The notes beneath the pieces were generated by a model. That model was not told the DNA's origin, searched no databases, and saw only the letters and a program-made list of their open reading frames with translations. The translations under genes were made by a program, and so were the position numbers. A stretch of 64,000 bases of DNA from Naegleria gruberi (taxonomy: Eukaryota), in NCBI GenBank assembly GCA_000004985.1, contig GG738912.1. One strand, given 5' to 3'. Positions 21,701 through 30,083 of the stretch are shown in pieces; position 1 is the first letter of the stretch; each line of letters opens with the position of its first letter.

Positions 21701-22275
21701 GCATTAGGTGGAGTGGATGGAGAAATTGGTGAAAAGGTCGTGTTATTACTTCCCTGAAGATGATGAAGATTTGAGGCAAAATTGGGACTTGATGACTGAG
21801 AACGATGTCTTGGTGATAATGTCGATGATGAAGACAATGAATTGGCAAGTGATAAATTAGAAGAACCCACATTCCGTAAAACTGAAGAAGCCGAAAGTAT
21901 TCCTCCTCCTACTCCTCCTGGTGAATTCGAGTTATCCAAACATTGACTATTACCTATCGATAATTGACCTCCATTATTATTATTATTACTAATAATATTA
22001 TTATTAATCGAAGCAGCAATCAATCCTCCAATATTATTATTATTATTATCCATAATACTATTATTTAAATTAATTGTTCCTTGTTGTTGCACACTTGTCG
22101 GCGATGATACAACAACAGATGCAGATGCACCTCCTCCTCCTCCCTGAGCAGACGAAGAAATACTTCCATTGAAAAGAACATTTTGTGCAGCTGCTGATGA
22201 TGATAAATTGGCGGCGGGAAGTAAATCTTGATGGAGGCGGGAAGTGATTTTTTCGGGATTTATCGAATTTCCCAT
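12793..22275 (-). CDS. giant IQ-motif array protein (3160 aa), ASPM/Asp-like architecture without recognisable CH or motor domain
   Basis: Uninterrupted 9.5-kb ORF. The N-terminal ~700 aa are S/N/G-rich and disordered. A ~250-aa globular region follows (…LLIWVQVQLFPYLNEIRLFPLDFKYIPLF…). Then ~2100 aa consist of degenerate repeats with ~23–27-aa period matching the IQ consensus [IVL]Qxx[IVL]RGxxxR (e.g. IQSLVRRHH, IQALIRGHIVR, LQSLVRGRAAMK), running to the C-terminus. Confidence 0.75.
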   Translation of the reverse strand: MGNSINPEKITSRLHQDLLPAANLSSSAAAQNVLFNGSISSSAQGGGGGASASVVVSSPTSVQQQGTINLNNSIMDNNNNNIGGLIAASINNNIISNNNNNGGQLSIGNSQCLDNSNSPGGVGGGILSASSVLRNVGSSNLSLANSLSSSSTLSPRHRSQSSSPNFASNLHHLQGSNNTTFSPISPSTPPNASTFSSTSSKRVPAVIPQLKLSAIQNSNPASLFNNSNNNSNTSLHSSSSFYRQIPNNQNGTSTSSTNGGGVIIYSNNLVTSSKQTNNNSDNSPSINSSTPVAIVISKPPVQNRPVGRFRNNSNKSSLASTTSSSKSGGRTHRSHSLAHNLYTPRGGNLLSPRSIMPNGRSPRNEFSPRGRPSPPPSASSITPSTQNVQHGNRVYGASFDDITENDMQGEENESDNDFDDMNTSDISSGNTPNHTGTSNTSASANNNFQGPLVVVPSIVVPITKETTKGRSKSLLGKLPSIITKLKRKKKETATPVSPEESQYSQYTHTFASQISTTTTHSHVNSEVSEVLVKLTEFNGVHKDLSQKRRKGVNFSELAEKASGSTTPKSPVRRSQAMNISKSFKISLMDGKGSVERDDLFDTISSHSNFTAFSVASAPARNNNFSRSVGQSLDTLDDDESTYSNTQIALTSSQLLERKKTKSEKIKSFFNKFAKKAKTPSTPTSTDMAKVTSLESLANYEEPPLKRHGRESSSDQSEIEKISDEEGIQFPEEPTSLDKIKSKLTPAILRKEIEKLDPRGDNVRGIVDLISEKISIEDAEKYVENYKSLMKIGDEHPLSHIFHEALLVHYDGEKLKSVLTKMNEHYYSTTSKKVDEVVEEDAKSTVPLLLIWVQVQLFPYLNEIRLFPLDFKYIPLFIIEFMEAVVRFNYDCYPDNCEIPRMRPYFGEEDEIMEDQRLVEDAELIRVCSLFAFEVFRTQALSNIAVLCESNRIRETFNLMRVTALTVQTWHRRRYQQEDFNSNKLNLECIQSLSRSKLERGCFAKNIQQIVILQSISRSRLLVSFTRHNIQQIITLQSLVRRHHKQKDLQSKKEAIQIMQSFCRGKGEGQIYRFELDRSEIFTALSKALSVKHSRSVLTSRIILLQSLVRGRAAMKEVSQLENFLLTLQASIKGSSDRQEMVIFSSSIEVLQAMMSSNVSRKNLQLLRNLAHLFNAALVGRLERTNLTTSLDSAVVIQGLFRAGQQAKCFTLSMENIKVIQSTILGCNQRKKYQTTSESIPLLQALIRRILLKQDSSKEISNIQAIQTLIRVKQCQSNLNHLINDITTIQTLSRRFIEYRNRKSLNSKCLIMDSAIRGFNARTTFKEQCNRITLVQSLIRAKLIQKFKDSALNASTLIQSVCCARKVFLDFKKKKHVAILVQPVSRSLFVRKDLSQYVQVASLLQANGRGLEQQKVVQRYKSDVLVLQTLIDAVARRKEYTDLKKGVLLLQTLLRSINTASQACTDLDKALLLTSLARGHSGQMKFYDTRNAAHLIQSRARGTLEQVNKHSLQNAVQTLQHSIKGHLGRIDLKHRINAINSIQASFSGKLNRSLMHQTQRKVSTIQSWLRGVQTRRGFQVKINLAHQIQTLYQGKIENQLVKHTTESSNILGSLMKGHVQRLEHKNELIRICFTQALLRTFETRCLFRNSVANLRMIQTAARSYLTRKDLSARREDLVNTQSVLFGNFARKEFSQNKSLIITLQARVKTFLITQEQEKQMNNVLLVQSNIRKKNEIKSFRHNHYNILTLQASVRGFIARKIESSVNEYVTVIQSLSRRQLTENKFIENVENVQIVQGFLQSSFCRGDFINELNKIKTLQARIRSKLEKAHLSTLSNNTKYVQAVVRGHAKLKEHQDLIDSSLLVETFGRAYINRKQSETCINNIKILQSLILSHTLRAQHEQYTIYIINLQSSMRGRDERKNLQPTKNHINTQQALIRGYLERKNFSHVHDSITNIQAFFRGRGNNHVDMYQLTKVLVIQSAIRGKHVMTSKQAHLDMISILSLSARSFNTRRLAEQEKSKIDIISTLLQSALVRNRFEDSNTLASFFKGRSLRQTFYLTRDLVEIMQSLVRRFLKCRETEKAIRNTKIIQSAVVGHFTRVNDGRQKDAILTFQSLGKSLVEKLQMSAFRDVATIVQTLNQGCIEREVKLKLMEQIQIIQSAARSNLVSASLESEKQRISSLQALIRGHIVRNNSHGRVYIQKLVVAQATIRKFNEQKIRGGVNLLHALLQGNTERTSRNRMQNQIITIQSAFRSSSTVASKLNQLEAVSMIQNLIISHKERTEHASPIESVHLIHALIQSGMERRLAQTSMAFVTNLQSTIRKSSEAAKMKLDLKRLETLESLIRSKIVQKKLDKQTSSSSMVCAFLRGNKTRLLVKNSLNNIEIIQSLIRNRFTRAEFEISKNAVLAIQARCRSSAMQNIESKQLENITIIQAFLRGSTTHMDCSGIIVLQALVRRKAEEQSRKQHISDLISLQALANSRNINMLKNQTLNKIIVLQALIRNKSSKKNNYSPIDRNATQMIQALVRANKERSNIHALQTFTKYVHALAKGVLVRSGYERAQHDLVTIQAAFQGKYKRRENAEAIQDVSALQSLLRRKQAKDEKATSINQVILLQSLWNGISQRNATTLEQERLQIFTSFAKGFIQLSTRSRIEKHILNLQAVCRSRSIQQEYQNERRYYSITIIQNAARGNTDRKNHENQLQRVGTLQAASRGYSARTSREEVINSLTHIQSLCRKQLALKTFERISSQMDLISTFMSSSLVRKQYANSMTKVQIVTTRLHGISTRRQSSTTTESIKTIQSIVHRMSEERRIEKTRENIAIIQALFKSQLARRSFSKSITLATVLQSLLERKTTILKTYQKKKDMKIFQSRVRTFTTLKQRDMKMSGLIVIQTFFRSNLVKRSFNEDRDSLLDSRNMIIALYRANQTRQEFKKMQILTESIQSLMQQQIAIRDLNTNIQYINALQSIIRGRFVNEDFRTVSDSANYLQSLYYGHETRGSLTDMKELSNTVALLFMCHNKRNEFEFALSSISLLQARVRQIQQAKSLKSITDKVFTIRSAIEGSRTRVELSIKNENLQTIQGLLRGSFTRKQTTQFSEQTLSSTTTIQAIGRRFLTAKQRAVLKSQFHQRLNLVTRQFKYGEERKTGVALLSSLSLLNKK

Positions 22276-22709
22276 CTCTCTATGATTTCATACTAGGTGT
22301 TATGGGAGAGAGGCAGAGGCTTGGGAAGGGAGAGAACCAATTTGTTTTTTTGGTTTTGTGATGAGTGATAGCGCTTCTGCTTGATGTGTTGTTGTTGATG
22401 ATGAAAAAGTGGAAATTGATTGGCGAATTTTTTCAGAATGAATTTTGACAGGAGACTTCCGTACGTGTTGTTTGGCAGGTGGCTTTCAGATTGGGGTTGG
22501 ATCAGGTGAAAAGTTTGCGACTTCCATCTATGAGCAAAATTCTTGTTCCATGTTGATCAATATCAGGTTGACTTTAATTTTACAACCATTGTATTTCAAT
22601 ATTTGAATTCAGATTTACTCAAAAAGTTTTAGATTGAAACACGTTCTAGATAGAATTTCTGTCTTGAAAAATATAAATTAGTTTTATTAAGATTGAAAAT
22701 TAATATTAT

Positions 22710-23821
22710 TTTGATTCGAAATTTGGAATTAAACCTGATAATATTACACTCACAACAATTCTTCTGTCCTGTGCTGAACATCATGATATTGGAAAGGGTC
22801 ATACCCGACTACATCAAGGAGAATAGACTTGTTGGTGATGTCTCATAAACTTTTACTCTAAATGTACTGATTTAGAGACTGCTCTCTCAATTTTCGAATC
22901 AATTATTAAGAAAAAGAAGGAAGTGAACTCATACACGTACAATGCTATTATTTTTGCATGTGCAGAGCATGGGCAGTCAAGCCATTGCTTTAAATTCTTC
23001 ACTCAAATGATACAGAGCAATATTGAGTTATTGCCAACACCAGAAACATTCACAGCTTTGCTTACTGCTTGTAGCCATTCTCATATGTACGATAAAGCCT
23101 GGGATATCTACAATTCTATGGGAACAAGTTTCGGTATTGAACCAAGTAATATTCATACATCTTGTTTGATTGATGCACTAGCGAGATCTGGGCAATTTGT
23201 GAAAGCTCTTGAAATAATTGGAAAACGCAAAGATAAAGTATATTGGATGACTCTGATGGGAGCATGTAGAAAATTCAACCATGTTGAGATAGCAGAGAAG
23301 GCTTTTGATGCATTGATTGACATTGATTCAACAGATGGTTCATATTATGTTTTATTATCCCATATTTATATATTCAACAATCAAATGGAAAAGGCAGCAA
23401 CAATAAGATTTAATGAAATATAATAATGGCTCAAAAGTTGTTGGAGTCACTTCTGTGATACATTGGCGACGAGATTCACACCCAGTGATGACAGATAAGC
23501 ATCTCATTCAAGTCGAGCTTGATAAATTGATTAATGAACTAATGGAGGCAGGTTATTCTCCAGATACTAGATGGGTTACCAGAATAGAAACTTTGAGCAC
23601 TGAAGAAAAACGAAACCTTTTATGTAGGCATTCTGAAAAGATTGCCATGGCGTATGCTTTTGTCAGAATGCCAAAAACTAAACAAATAGTCTTATTCCAA
23701 AACCTGACTGCCATGAAGCAACAAAGTACATTTCCAAAGTGAGAAAATGATTGTTGTGAGAGATGCAAGTCGATACTACCATATTAAGGACGGAAAATGT
23801 AGCTGTGGTGATAATTGGTAA
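22710..23821 (+). pseudogene. truncated PPR–E–DYW (plant-type organellar RNA-editing factor) gene with several frame disruptions
   Basis: Conceptual translation across three frames gives …FGIKPDNITLTTILLSCAEHHDIGKG / VIPDYIKENRLVGDV / INFYSKCTDLETALSIFESI…YTYNAIIFACAEHGQ…TFTALLTACSHSHMYDKAWDIY…CLIDALARSGQ…, a PPR/E motif series. It continues …SHP…HSEKIAMAYAFV…NL.CHEATKYISKVRKMIVVRDASRYYHIKDGKCSCGDNW*, a DYW deaminase domain that has HxE but lacks the first Cys of CxDCH. There is no N-terminal PPR array and no in-frame start. Confidence 0.5.
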
Positions 23822-24852
23822 TAACTGTACTAATTTCACTTACAATAATTCAGTCTTACCAATTTATCAAACATCAAATAATAATATCGTATCAAATGAA
23901 AACAACTAGAGATTCTTTCCTGTTAGAATCAAATAAGTATCTGGACTTGAAGTACAAATCCAAACACACTCCATTATAATATCATCACTGTTGTTCCTCC
24001 GAGTGAATCGGACTACTCAGAGACTAATCTCTCTATCTCTCAATCATCTAGAGGCTTATCGACATTACATAACAGACTTGTTTGATAGTATGTCGGAGAA
24101 GGTATTCGTTCAAGTTGTTTTAATAACAAATCTGATATTATAACAATATCTCTTTGCAACCCAAAAAGTTAAGGTATATGATCCAGTCTAGACAGAATAC
24201 TTTCCTTATTTACCTTTGGACATGTTGAGATAAAACGAAGACATAATATTGAGATTGGTCCTTGGAGGATGGCCTTAATAATTTATAGGTTCTGCGAAGT
24301 TATGTATTGGTCCCTTAAGCTTGCAGTGGGGAAGAGAATGTAGGAAAAGTCGAATACAAAAACATCATGACAAATAGTAATCAAATCATGGTGTTGAGAA
24401 TTGTAAATACTAATATGAATTTACATGATTTATCAATATCAAATATTGGATTCTTGATCCACAAGTGTTGCTTAATATCATCTCTAATACCCTATTAGAG
24501 CATTAATTTTAAACCGCCAATAGTTCCATTGTCCAAAACCAAACCACATCCTTAATTTGGCTAGCATATCCGAAAATCCAAATTCAGAACGTATTGCTTA
24601 TGGCGCATATGCTTGCGTCAATCGAATCAGCAGCATGAAGCTCAACTTTGCAGATGATGGATCTGCTAAGAGGACAAGACCTAAACAAACTCAAAAAAAA
24701 CCAACAACACAACAATCACAACATTAAGCAGAAGAGGAATAAGAACTCTTTCTTTAGTAGTACTACTCTCTGACAAGCACTGCAAGACCGCATATAATAT
24801 TTGGTGGTTCGATTTCTTCTTTTTTAAAAGCTCTCACAGAAAGTGAACTGGA

Positions 24853-27742
24853 TTGGATCACAATAATATTATACAATATATTATAATATTCAAGAATAAT
24901 TATACTATGAATCATCCTGCACCCAATAATAGTGATATCATCAACTATGCAAATGGGCATCCTCATCGTCATAACCAACAACAACAGCAGCAACAAGATA
25001 CTCAACACTTTTATTCAAAATCCTATCCAACTTCCTTTAATAATGAAATTGGAAACATCAACAGAAGTGAAGGGGTGAGAGAACCACTCAACCCTGTTTG
25101 GAATAATACTCAACCATATCAGAACCCAAATAAGAGTGCAGCCTCCATGCTCATGTTTCCTCATGATGATGACAGAAGTCCTCTAACCTATTCATTAATA
25201 TCTTCACCTGCCAACAATACTACAAATACAACAACACCATGTACATCTTCTCACAACCGTAATGCTAACAATACCACTAGTTCAAGTATACCACAAGCAT
25301 CAACAGAGAGATCCTCATGTACTAACTACATGTATCCAACGTCCTCAAACAACAACTCAAACATCCAACAACAATATCCTCAAAGGAAACAATCTTCTCC
25401 ACCACCTCACTATCCAATCAGAAATAATAATCAATCTGTACATGATGTGGCGCCTTCACCCATACAGCGTAATACACCTTCTTCAAATGGCTCAACCATA
25501 AACAGTCAATTGCTCCATGACTGTCGGGGTGTACAAATTAATAATTATGATATACCTAGTTCGAATTGTCAAAGAGAGGATGGAAAATCATTCATCCAAC
25601 AACCTGATCAGCTTGTCCAAACAAAACAAGAATTCAAAACAAACATAACCATCAGTAGCAGCTCGGATATTGATTTTCCCAACAATATGAATAATACCAA
25701 TAGAGTTTCGACTGATCATCATCAGCCTACATGTATTATTAATAATAATAATTATAATAATAATAATAATATGAACGAATTCAATAACACTAGAAGAACA
25801 ACATCATCATCAACATATGGTTATAATAATAATAATTCTACGACATTAGACCAGAATATGTTTAATAATTCCTCTTCACCACCTCCTTCTTCCATGTTGC
25901 AATATTATAACTCACAACAACATCATAACAACAACAATAACTCTGTATCAAATATTCCTAATCAGAAGAGAATTTCTCCAACTGTAAATTATGAATCTTC
26001 TTCGACTGGTAGGATTGTTGATGAATCAGCATCATATCATAATGGTAGTAGAGCAACAACAAGCTTACCACAACAACAGCATGCAGCAACATCCTCACAT
26101 GACAATACACATGTACTACCTTATTATAATGCACATCCTTCTAGACATGCATCGCCTACATCCACCACCTATCAATACTCCCCACATCAGCAGCACCAAC
26201 AACAACATGTACAACAATCACCTAGAAGTTTGCCAACTGATCAGCCGAGAGAATATCCTTCTTCTTATTCTGATCCAGTGGTGAGTAATTCTTCTCAACC
26301 ACCACAGTATCAGCCATCATTACAGAAAGATAATAGATCGTTGGATCCTTCTTATTCAGCTAATGGATATCACTCGCAACAGCAGTATCAATTAACAACA
26401 CAAATAATACTACTAGCAGCAATCATACTAGATCAAATTTAAGTGCTAATTTCCATTCCTCAACTGATTTTTCATTTAGTGGAAGAAATGCAAGTCATAG
26501 TGGATCCTCTGATGATAATTCTGATTCAAAACTGAATCATGGAGGAGCTTTGAATGGTGATTCTAGAAAACACAAGAAGAAAGGTCCAAAGAAGAGAGAA
26601 ATTTCAAGAGATGATATGAAAAAGTATTTCCATGTTTCTCAAACAGTTGCTGCTAAAATGTTAGGAGTTTCAGTTAGTACTCTTAAAAGAAGGTAAGTTG
26701 TCTTCTCGAAGAAAATCATCTAATTCTTGTATTTATCATGTTTGCTCTCATGTACATTGATTGCATAATACTTAATGTAAATGTATTAATTATCAATATT
26801 ATGTTGATGCATCTTACATCCAATGCATGTATCTGAATTTAAATTATATCGGATGAACCAATTCGCTTTTTGCTGATTCCTCCCTTAATGCATTTAACAT
26901 TGGTATTTACCGTAAAAAAACTTACTTTCATATTTGGACTTTAAGATTTTATGAGGAGTTTAACATGAAATGGCCATATGTGCCTTCAAAAACCAATACT
27001 TCAAAGAGAAAGAAGGATGACAATGGGGAGACAACATTGGGAAGTGGTGATAATAGTCAACAAAACTCAGATGAGCATGCTTCATCACATGAGATGGTAC
27101 TTCCTCATCAACAACAGCAACTGCAACCACCATCCTCATTCGATTCACCTTATAAGAAATTGAAGAGAGATGTTATCTTTGATCCACCAAATAATGTAGT
27201 TAGCGAGCAAAATCATCTTTCTGCAACATTCACATACTTCTTATCAAAATAATGTTCAGAATGCACCACCACCTCAATATTCTCAAATGAATGATAGAAA
27301 TTCATCCACACATGGATCCATGCATGCCTATCCAACATCCATTAATGTAAATAATAATCATATAGAAAATGGATCAACTAGTTTACATATCAGAAATGAG
27401 AATGTTTCAAATGTAGCTCCAACAAGACATGCTCAAGTGGTTTCTTATCAACATGCTGAACCTTATCCTCCTTCCTCTTCTGCTACCATTCGAAACAATA
27501 TCAATAACAGTACATCTACCTCACTCATGTCTTATCATGCTCCACAACAAACAATGAACCATGCCAATCATGGTATCATACATTCTAATTCACCTCCTGG
27601 TTACATGATGAGAGGAGAAGATGTTTATTCATCAGCTGCAACTACATCTCAATCACAACATTTTGAAGCAGCTACAGTTTCTGGACCAACTACCAATATG
27701 TTACCTCCTATTTCCTCTTTTAAAATGGAATCTTGGAAGTAA
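24853..27742 (+). CDS. N/Q/S-rich RWP-RK domain protein; at least 3 exons
   Basis: A long low-complexity ORF shifts frame by one base near 26380-26400 into SANFHSS…KKREISRDDMKKYFHVSQTVAAKMLGVSVSTLKRR (RWP-RK N-terminal half). The GTAAGT donor at 26693, intron 26693-26945 and acceptor TTTAAG give R-FYEEFNMKWPYVPSK (the RWPxRK position reads MKWPY). A second intron 27196-27259 (GTAGTT..TTCAG) joins to ORF 27287-27742. Confidence 0.55.
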
Positions 27743-28392
27743 TTAATACACCCAATTGTTTAATTGTTTGACATGTTACATATGCCATGTCACTTTGGAA
27801 CCTGATCGTTTTTTGCAAACAATAAAAGGATCTTTGTTATCCAAAATTATACTCAAGGTGCATTGTTTAATAAGGAAATCATCAGATATTAAATAGTTCA
27901 CTGTTTCAAACGACATTTTCCTTTCGTCAGATATGCATTTTTTAGTGTGGATGATTTACTATTTGCAATTTATTTACAATGAAATTGAGGAGGAGCAGTA
28001 ATTAGAATAGTCAATTCCTAATACCGCTCCATATATGTGAATTATGAAACAAGTGACATGATAGCAGCTGATTAATTGCAGGAATGGGTTTAATTGTATA
28101 AATGTTAAATACGTAAACATCTTCACCCGTTGAATACCTTCAAGTATACAATTACATTGAAGCCACTTTTACAATTAAATACCTAGATAAAGACAATGAT
28201 TTAAGATTGGATGTAAACAATCTCCAATATATATTCAAAATATCGATCAGTGTTGCTGCTCAATAACAACTTCCAAAGCGTGAAATTTGAATCAGATCAA
28301 CAACTTATATTTTGAGGGTTGGTCTGGGAATCGAATTGCAATAAAAAATTTGAAAGACCAGAGAATAAATACATTGATATAACAGCCAAGAA

Positions 28393-28444
28393 GCGCGATG
28401 GGCTCATAACCCATAGGTCCTAGGATCGAAACCTAGATTTGCTA
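28393..28444 (+). pseudogene. tRNA-Met(CAT)-like 3' fragment (anticodon arm, T arm, acceptor 3' strand); 5' part missing
   Basis: AGCGCG-ATGGG-CTCATAA-CCCAT-AGGTC-CTAGG-ATCGAAA-CCTAG-ATTTGCT-A folds as D-stem 3' strand, anticodon stem-loop (CAT), variable loop, T arm and 3' acceptor. Nothing upstream pairs with ATTTGCT. Confidence 0.4.
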
Positions 28445-28553
28445 ATCGTTTTACAATTTTGGAATTGAAAATGTTTAAAATATTTAAATCTATTAATAAA
28501 TTTAGTGAACTAAGGTAAGAAAACCTTATCTATCCAATACATTTAAAAGGAAA

Positions 28554-28625
28554 GGGGACCAGTGGGAATCGAACCCACGGCCTCTCGCACCCAAAGCGAG
28601 AATCATACCACTAGACCATGGTCCC
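28554..28625 (-). tRNA. tRNA-Pro (anticodon TGG)
   Basis: Reverse complement GGGACCATGGTCTAGTGGTATGATTCTCGCTTTGGGTGCGAGAGGCCGTGGGTTCGATTCCCACTGGTCCCC is a canonical cloverleaf with loop TTTGGGT; near-identical to eukaryotic tRNA-Pro-UGG; a T-run follows. Confidence 0.85.
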
Positions 28626-28733
28626 TTACACTATTATTTGCTTAAGACATAGATCCCAATAGTTTGTTGTGTTTTCTCGAATAATTTGTAGGCACTGTTT
28701 GTTTAAGCAAGTTAAAATTTTGAAAAGAATAAC

Positions 28734-28739
28734 AAAAAA
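28734..28739 (-). terminator. Pol III oligo-T terminator of the 5S gene
   Basis: TTTTTT immediately 3' of the 5S rRNA on the minus strand. Confidence 0.6.
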
Positions 28740-28857
28740 GACTACAGCACCACAGGTTCCCAAGTTGTCTCCAACCTCAGTATTGATGTGGCTCGACGAT
28801 GCTTAACTTCTCAAATCGGACGGGATGAGGTGCATTCATCGTGATATGGCCGTAGCC
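28740..28857 (-). rRNA. 5S ribosomal RNA
   Basis: Reverse complement GGCTACGGCCATATCACGATGAATGCACCTCATCCCGTCCGATTTGAGAAGTTAAGCATCGTCGAGCC…GGTTGGAGACAACTTGGGAACCTGTGGTGCTGTAGTC has the helix I pairing and the conserved CCCGTCCGAT / GAAGTTAAGC / GGGAGAC-like blocks; followed by T6. Confidence 0.85.
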
Positions 28858-29045
28858 GTTCATTAATAAAAAATTTGAAATATAAATCAAATTCACACCA
28901 GTTTCTTGAAAGAAGCAACATTTCTTAGCTATTCTGTTACACAAAAACTGGGAAATTGAATAGAATTAAGTTGGGAATTCCCAACTCGATATTCCTCATC
29001 ATATAAATCAAAGTTGGAAATATTAATTGTCATAAATAAAAAAAA

Positions 29046-29663
29046 ATGATGAACAACCAAACAAACGAAACAGTAGAACAAGCAAATGAATTAAAGTACG
29101 AATTAAACTCTGTTGTTGAACGTTTAGATCAAGTGGTCATGGCTTGGAGCAGTAAAATGACCAAACGCGAGAATGATTTTCAAGAATTACAAAAACTTTC
29201 AACAAAATTCACATTCAAAGAAGGTGAAATTATCAAACTAAACATTAGTGGAATCGTTTTCAAGGTTTTTAAGGAAACTTTGGATCAGAAAATTGTAAAA
29301 CCTAAACCTACAACAATTAAATTTACAAATAGTAGACTTAGAAATGAACAAAGTATGGAACAGTCAACGGAGGAAGTTCAATATTATCCACCTAACTTTT
29401 TCAATGTACTCATGTCTGGAATTCACAATTTATCGATGGATAAGGATACAAATGCGATATTTATTAATAGAGATCCAACTCATTTTCATTGCATTCTCAA
29501 TTATTTGAGAGGTCAAGGACATTCGAAAGATTTCGTTCTTCCAAAAGATTCGTATGCTCTCGAATGTTTGTTTATCGAAGCAAGATTTTACATGTTGGAA
29601 GGTTTGATGGAAATTATTGAGAGAATTTCTCCAAATATTAAACAAAATTATTGCAGAGATTAG
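29046..29663 (+). CDS. BTB/POZ (KCTD / K-channel-tetramerisation T1-type) domain protein (205 aa)
   Basis: N-terminal coiled coil, then EGEIIKLNISGIVFKVFKETL…INRDPTHFHCILNYLRGQGHSKDFVLPKDSYALECLFIEARFYMLEGL, the T1/BTB signature. Confidence 0.65.
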   Translation: MMNNQTNETVEQANELKYELNSVVERLDQVVMAWSSKMTKRENDFQELQKLSTKFTFKEGEIIKLNISGIVFKVFKETLDQKIVKPKPTTIKFTNSRLRNEQSMEQSTEEVQYYPPNFFNVLMSGIHNLSMDKDTNAIFINRDPTHFHCILNYLRGQGHSKDFVLPKDSYALECLFIEARFYMLEGLMEIIERISPNIKQNYCRD

Positions 29664-30083
29664 TTTAAAAGAATTGCAAACTAAACTCTTTAGATTCTGC
29701 CAATTCTTCAATATACAATTATATTCTGTAACTTCTTTGAATAATAAACCAACACGTAATTGTCAATCCTCATTCCAATTAAAGATGCTTCTGACATTCA
29801 ATTTCTCCATCTCTTTAAACCAGTTTCGAACAACTGAATTCAACACTTTCTTGCATTCACGCCATTCTCAACATTTTCAGCATTTTCTTACATCCACAAC
29901 GCATTCCAATCATTGTAATCTTTGAATTTCTCTTCTTCTTATCTCTCAAGTCCTTAAAGAATCCGCACAATAAACCCAAATATAGACCACAACAAGTCAA
30001 CTCACGTACAATGAATTGTAAAAAAAAACAAAGCAACATACATTGAGCAGTACGCACACTCTCTTTTGCACTACTAACTCAAG

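Noticed and set aside
12873-21872. Short ORFs (60–103 aa) on either strand inside the giant IQ gene (for example 13263-13517, 15014-15325, 17712-17909, 21012-21203)
   Set aside because: All are nested within, or antisense to, a continuous 9.5-kb ORF with strong repeat-protein signal. Their translations are not protein-like, so they are chance ORFs.
21950-22090. ATT/AAT microsatellite-like runs (also 25740-25790 and 62160-62215) as non-coding repeats
   Set aside because: They lie inside ORFs and encode poly-N/I low-complexity protein segments typical of this genome, not separate repeat elements.
28372-28444. An intact tRNA-Met gene
   Set aside because: The anticodon arm, T arm and 3' acceptor strand are good, but the expected 5' acceptor strand (AGCAAAT-like) and D-stem 5' strand are absent upstream. 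It is called a fragment or pseudogene only.
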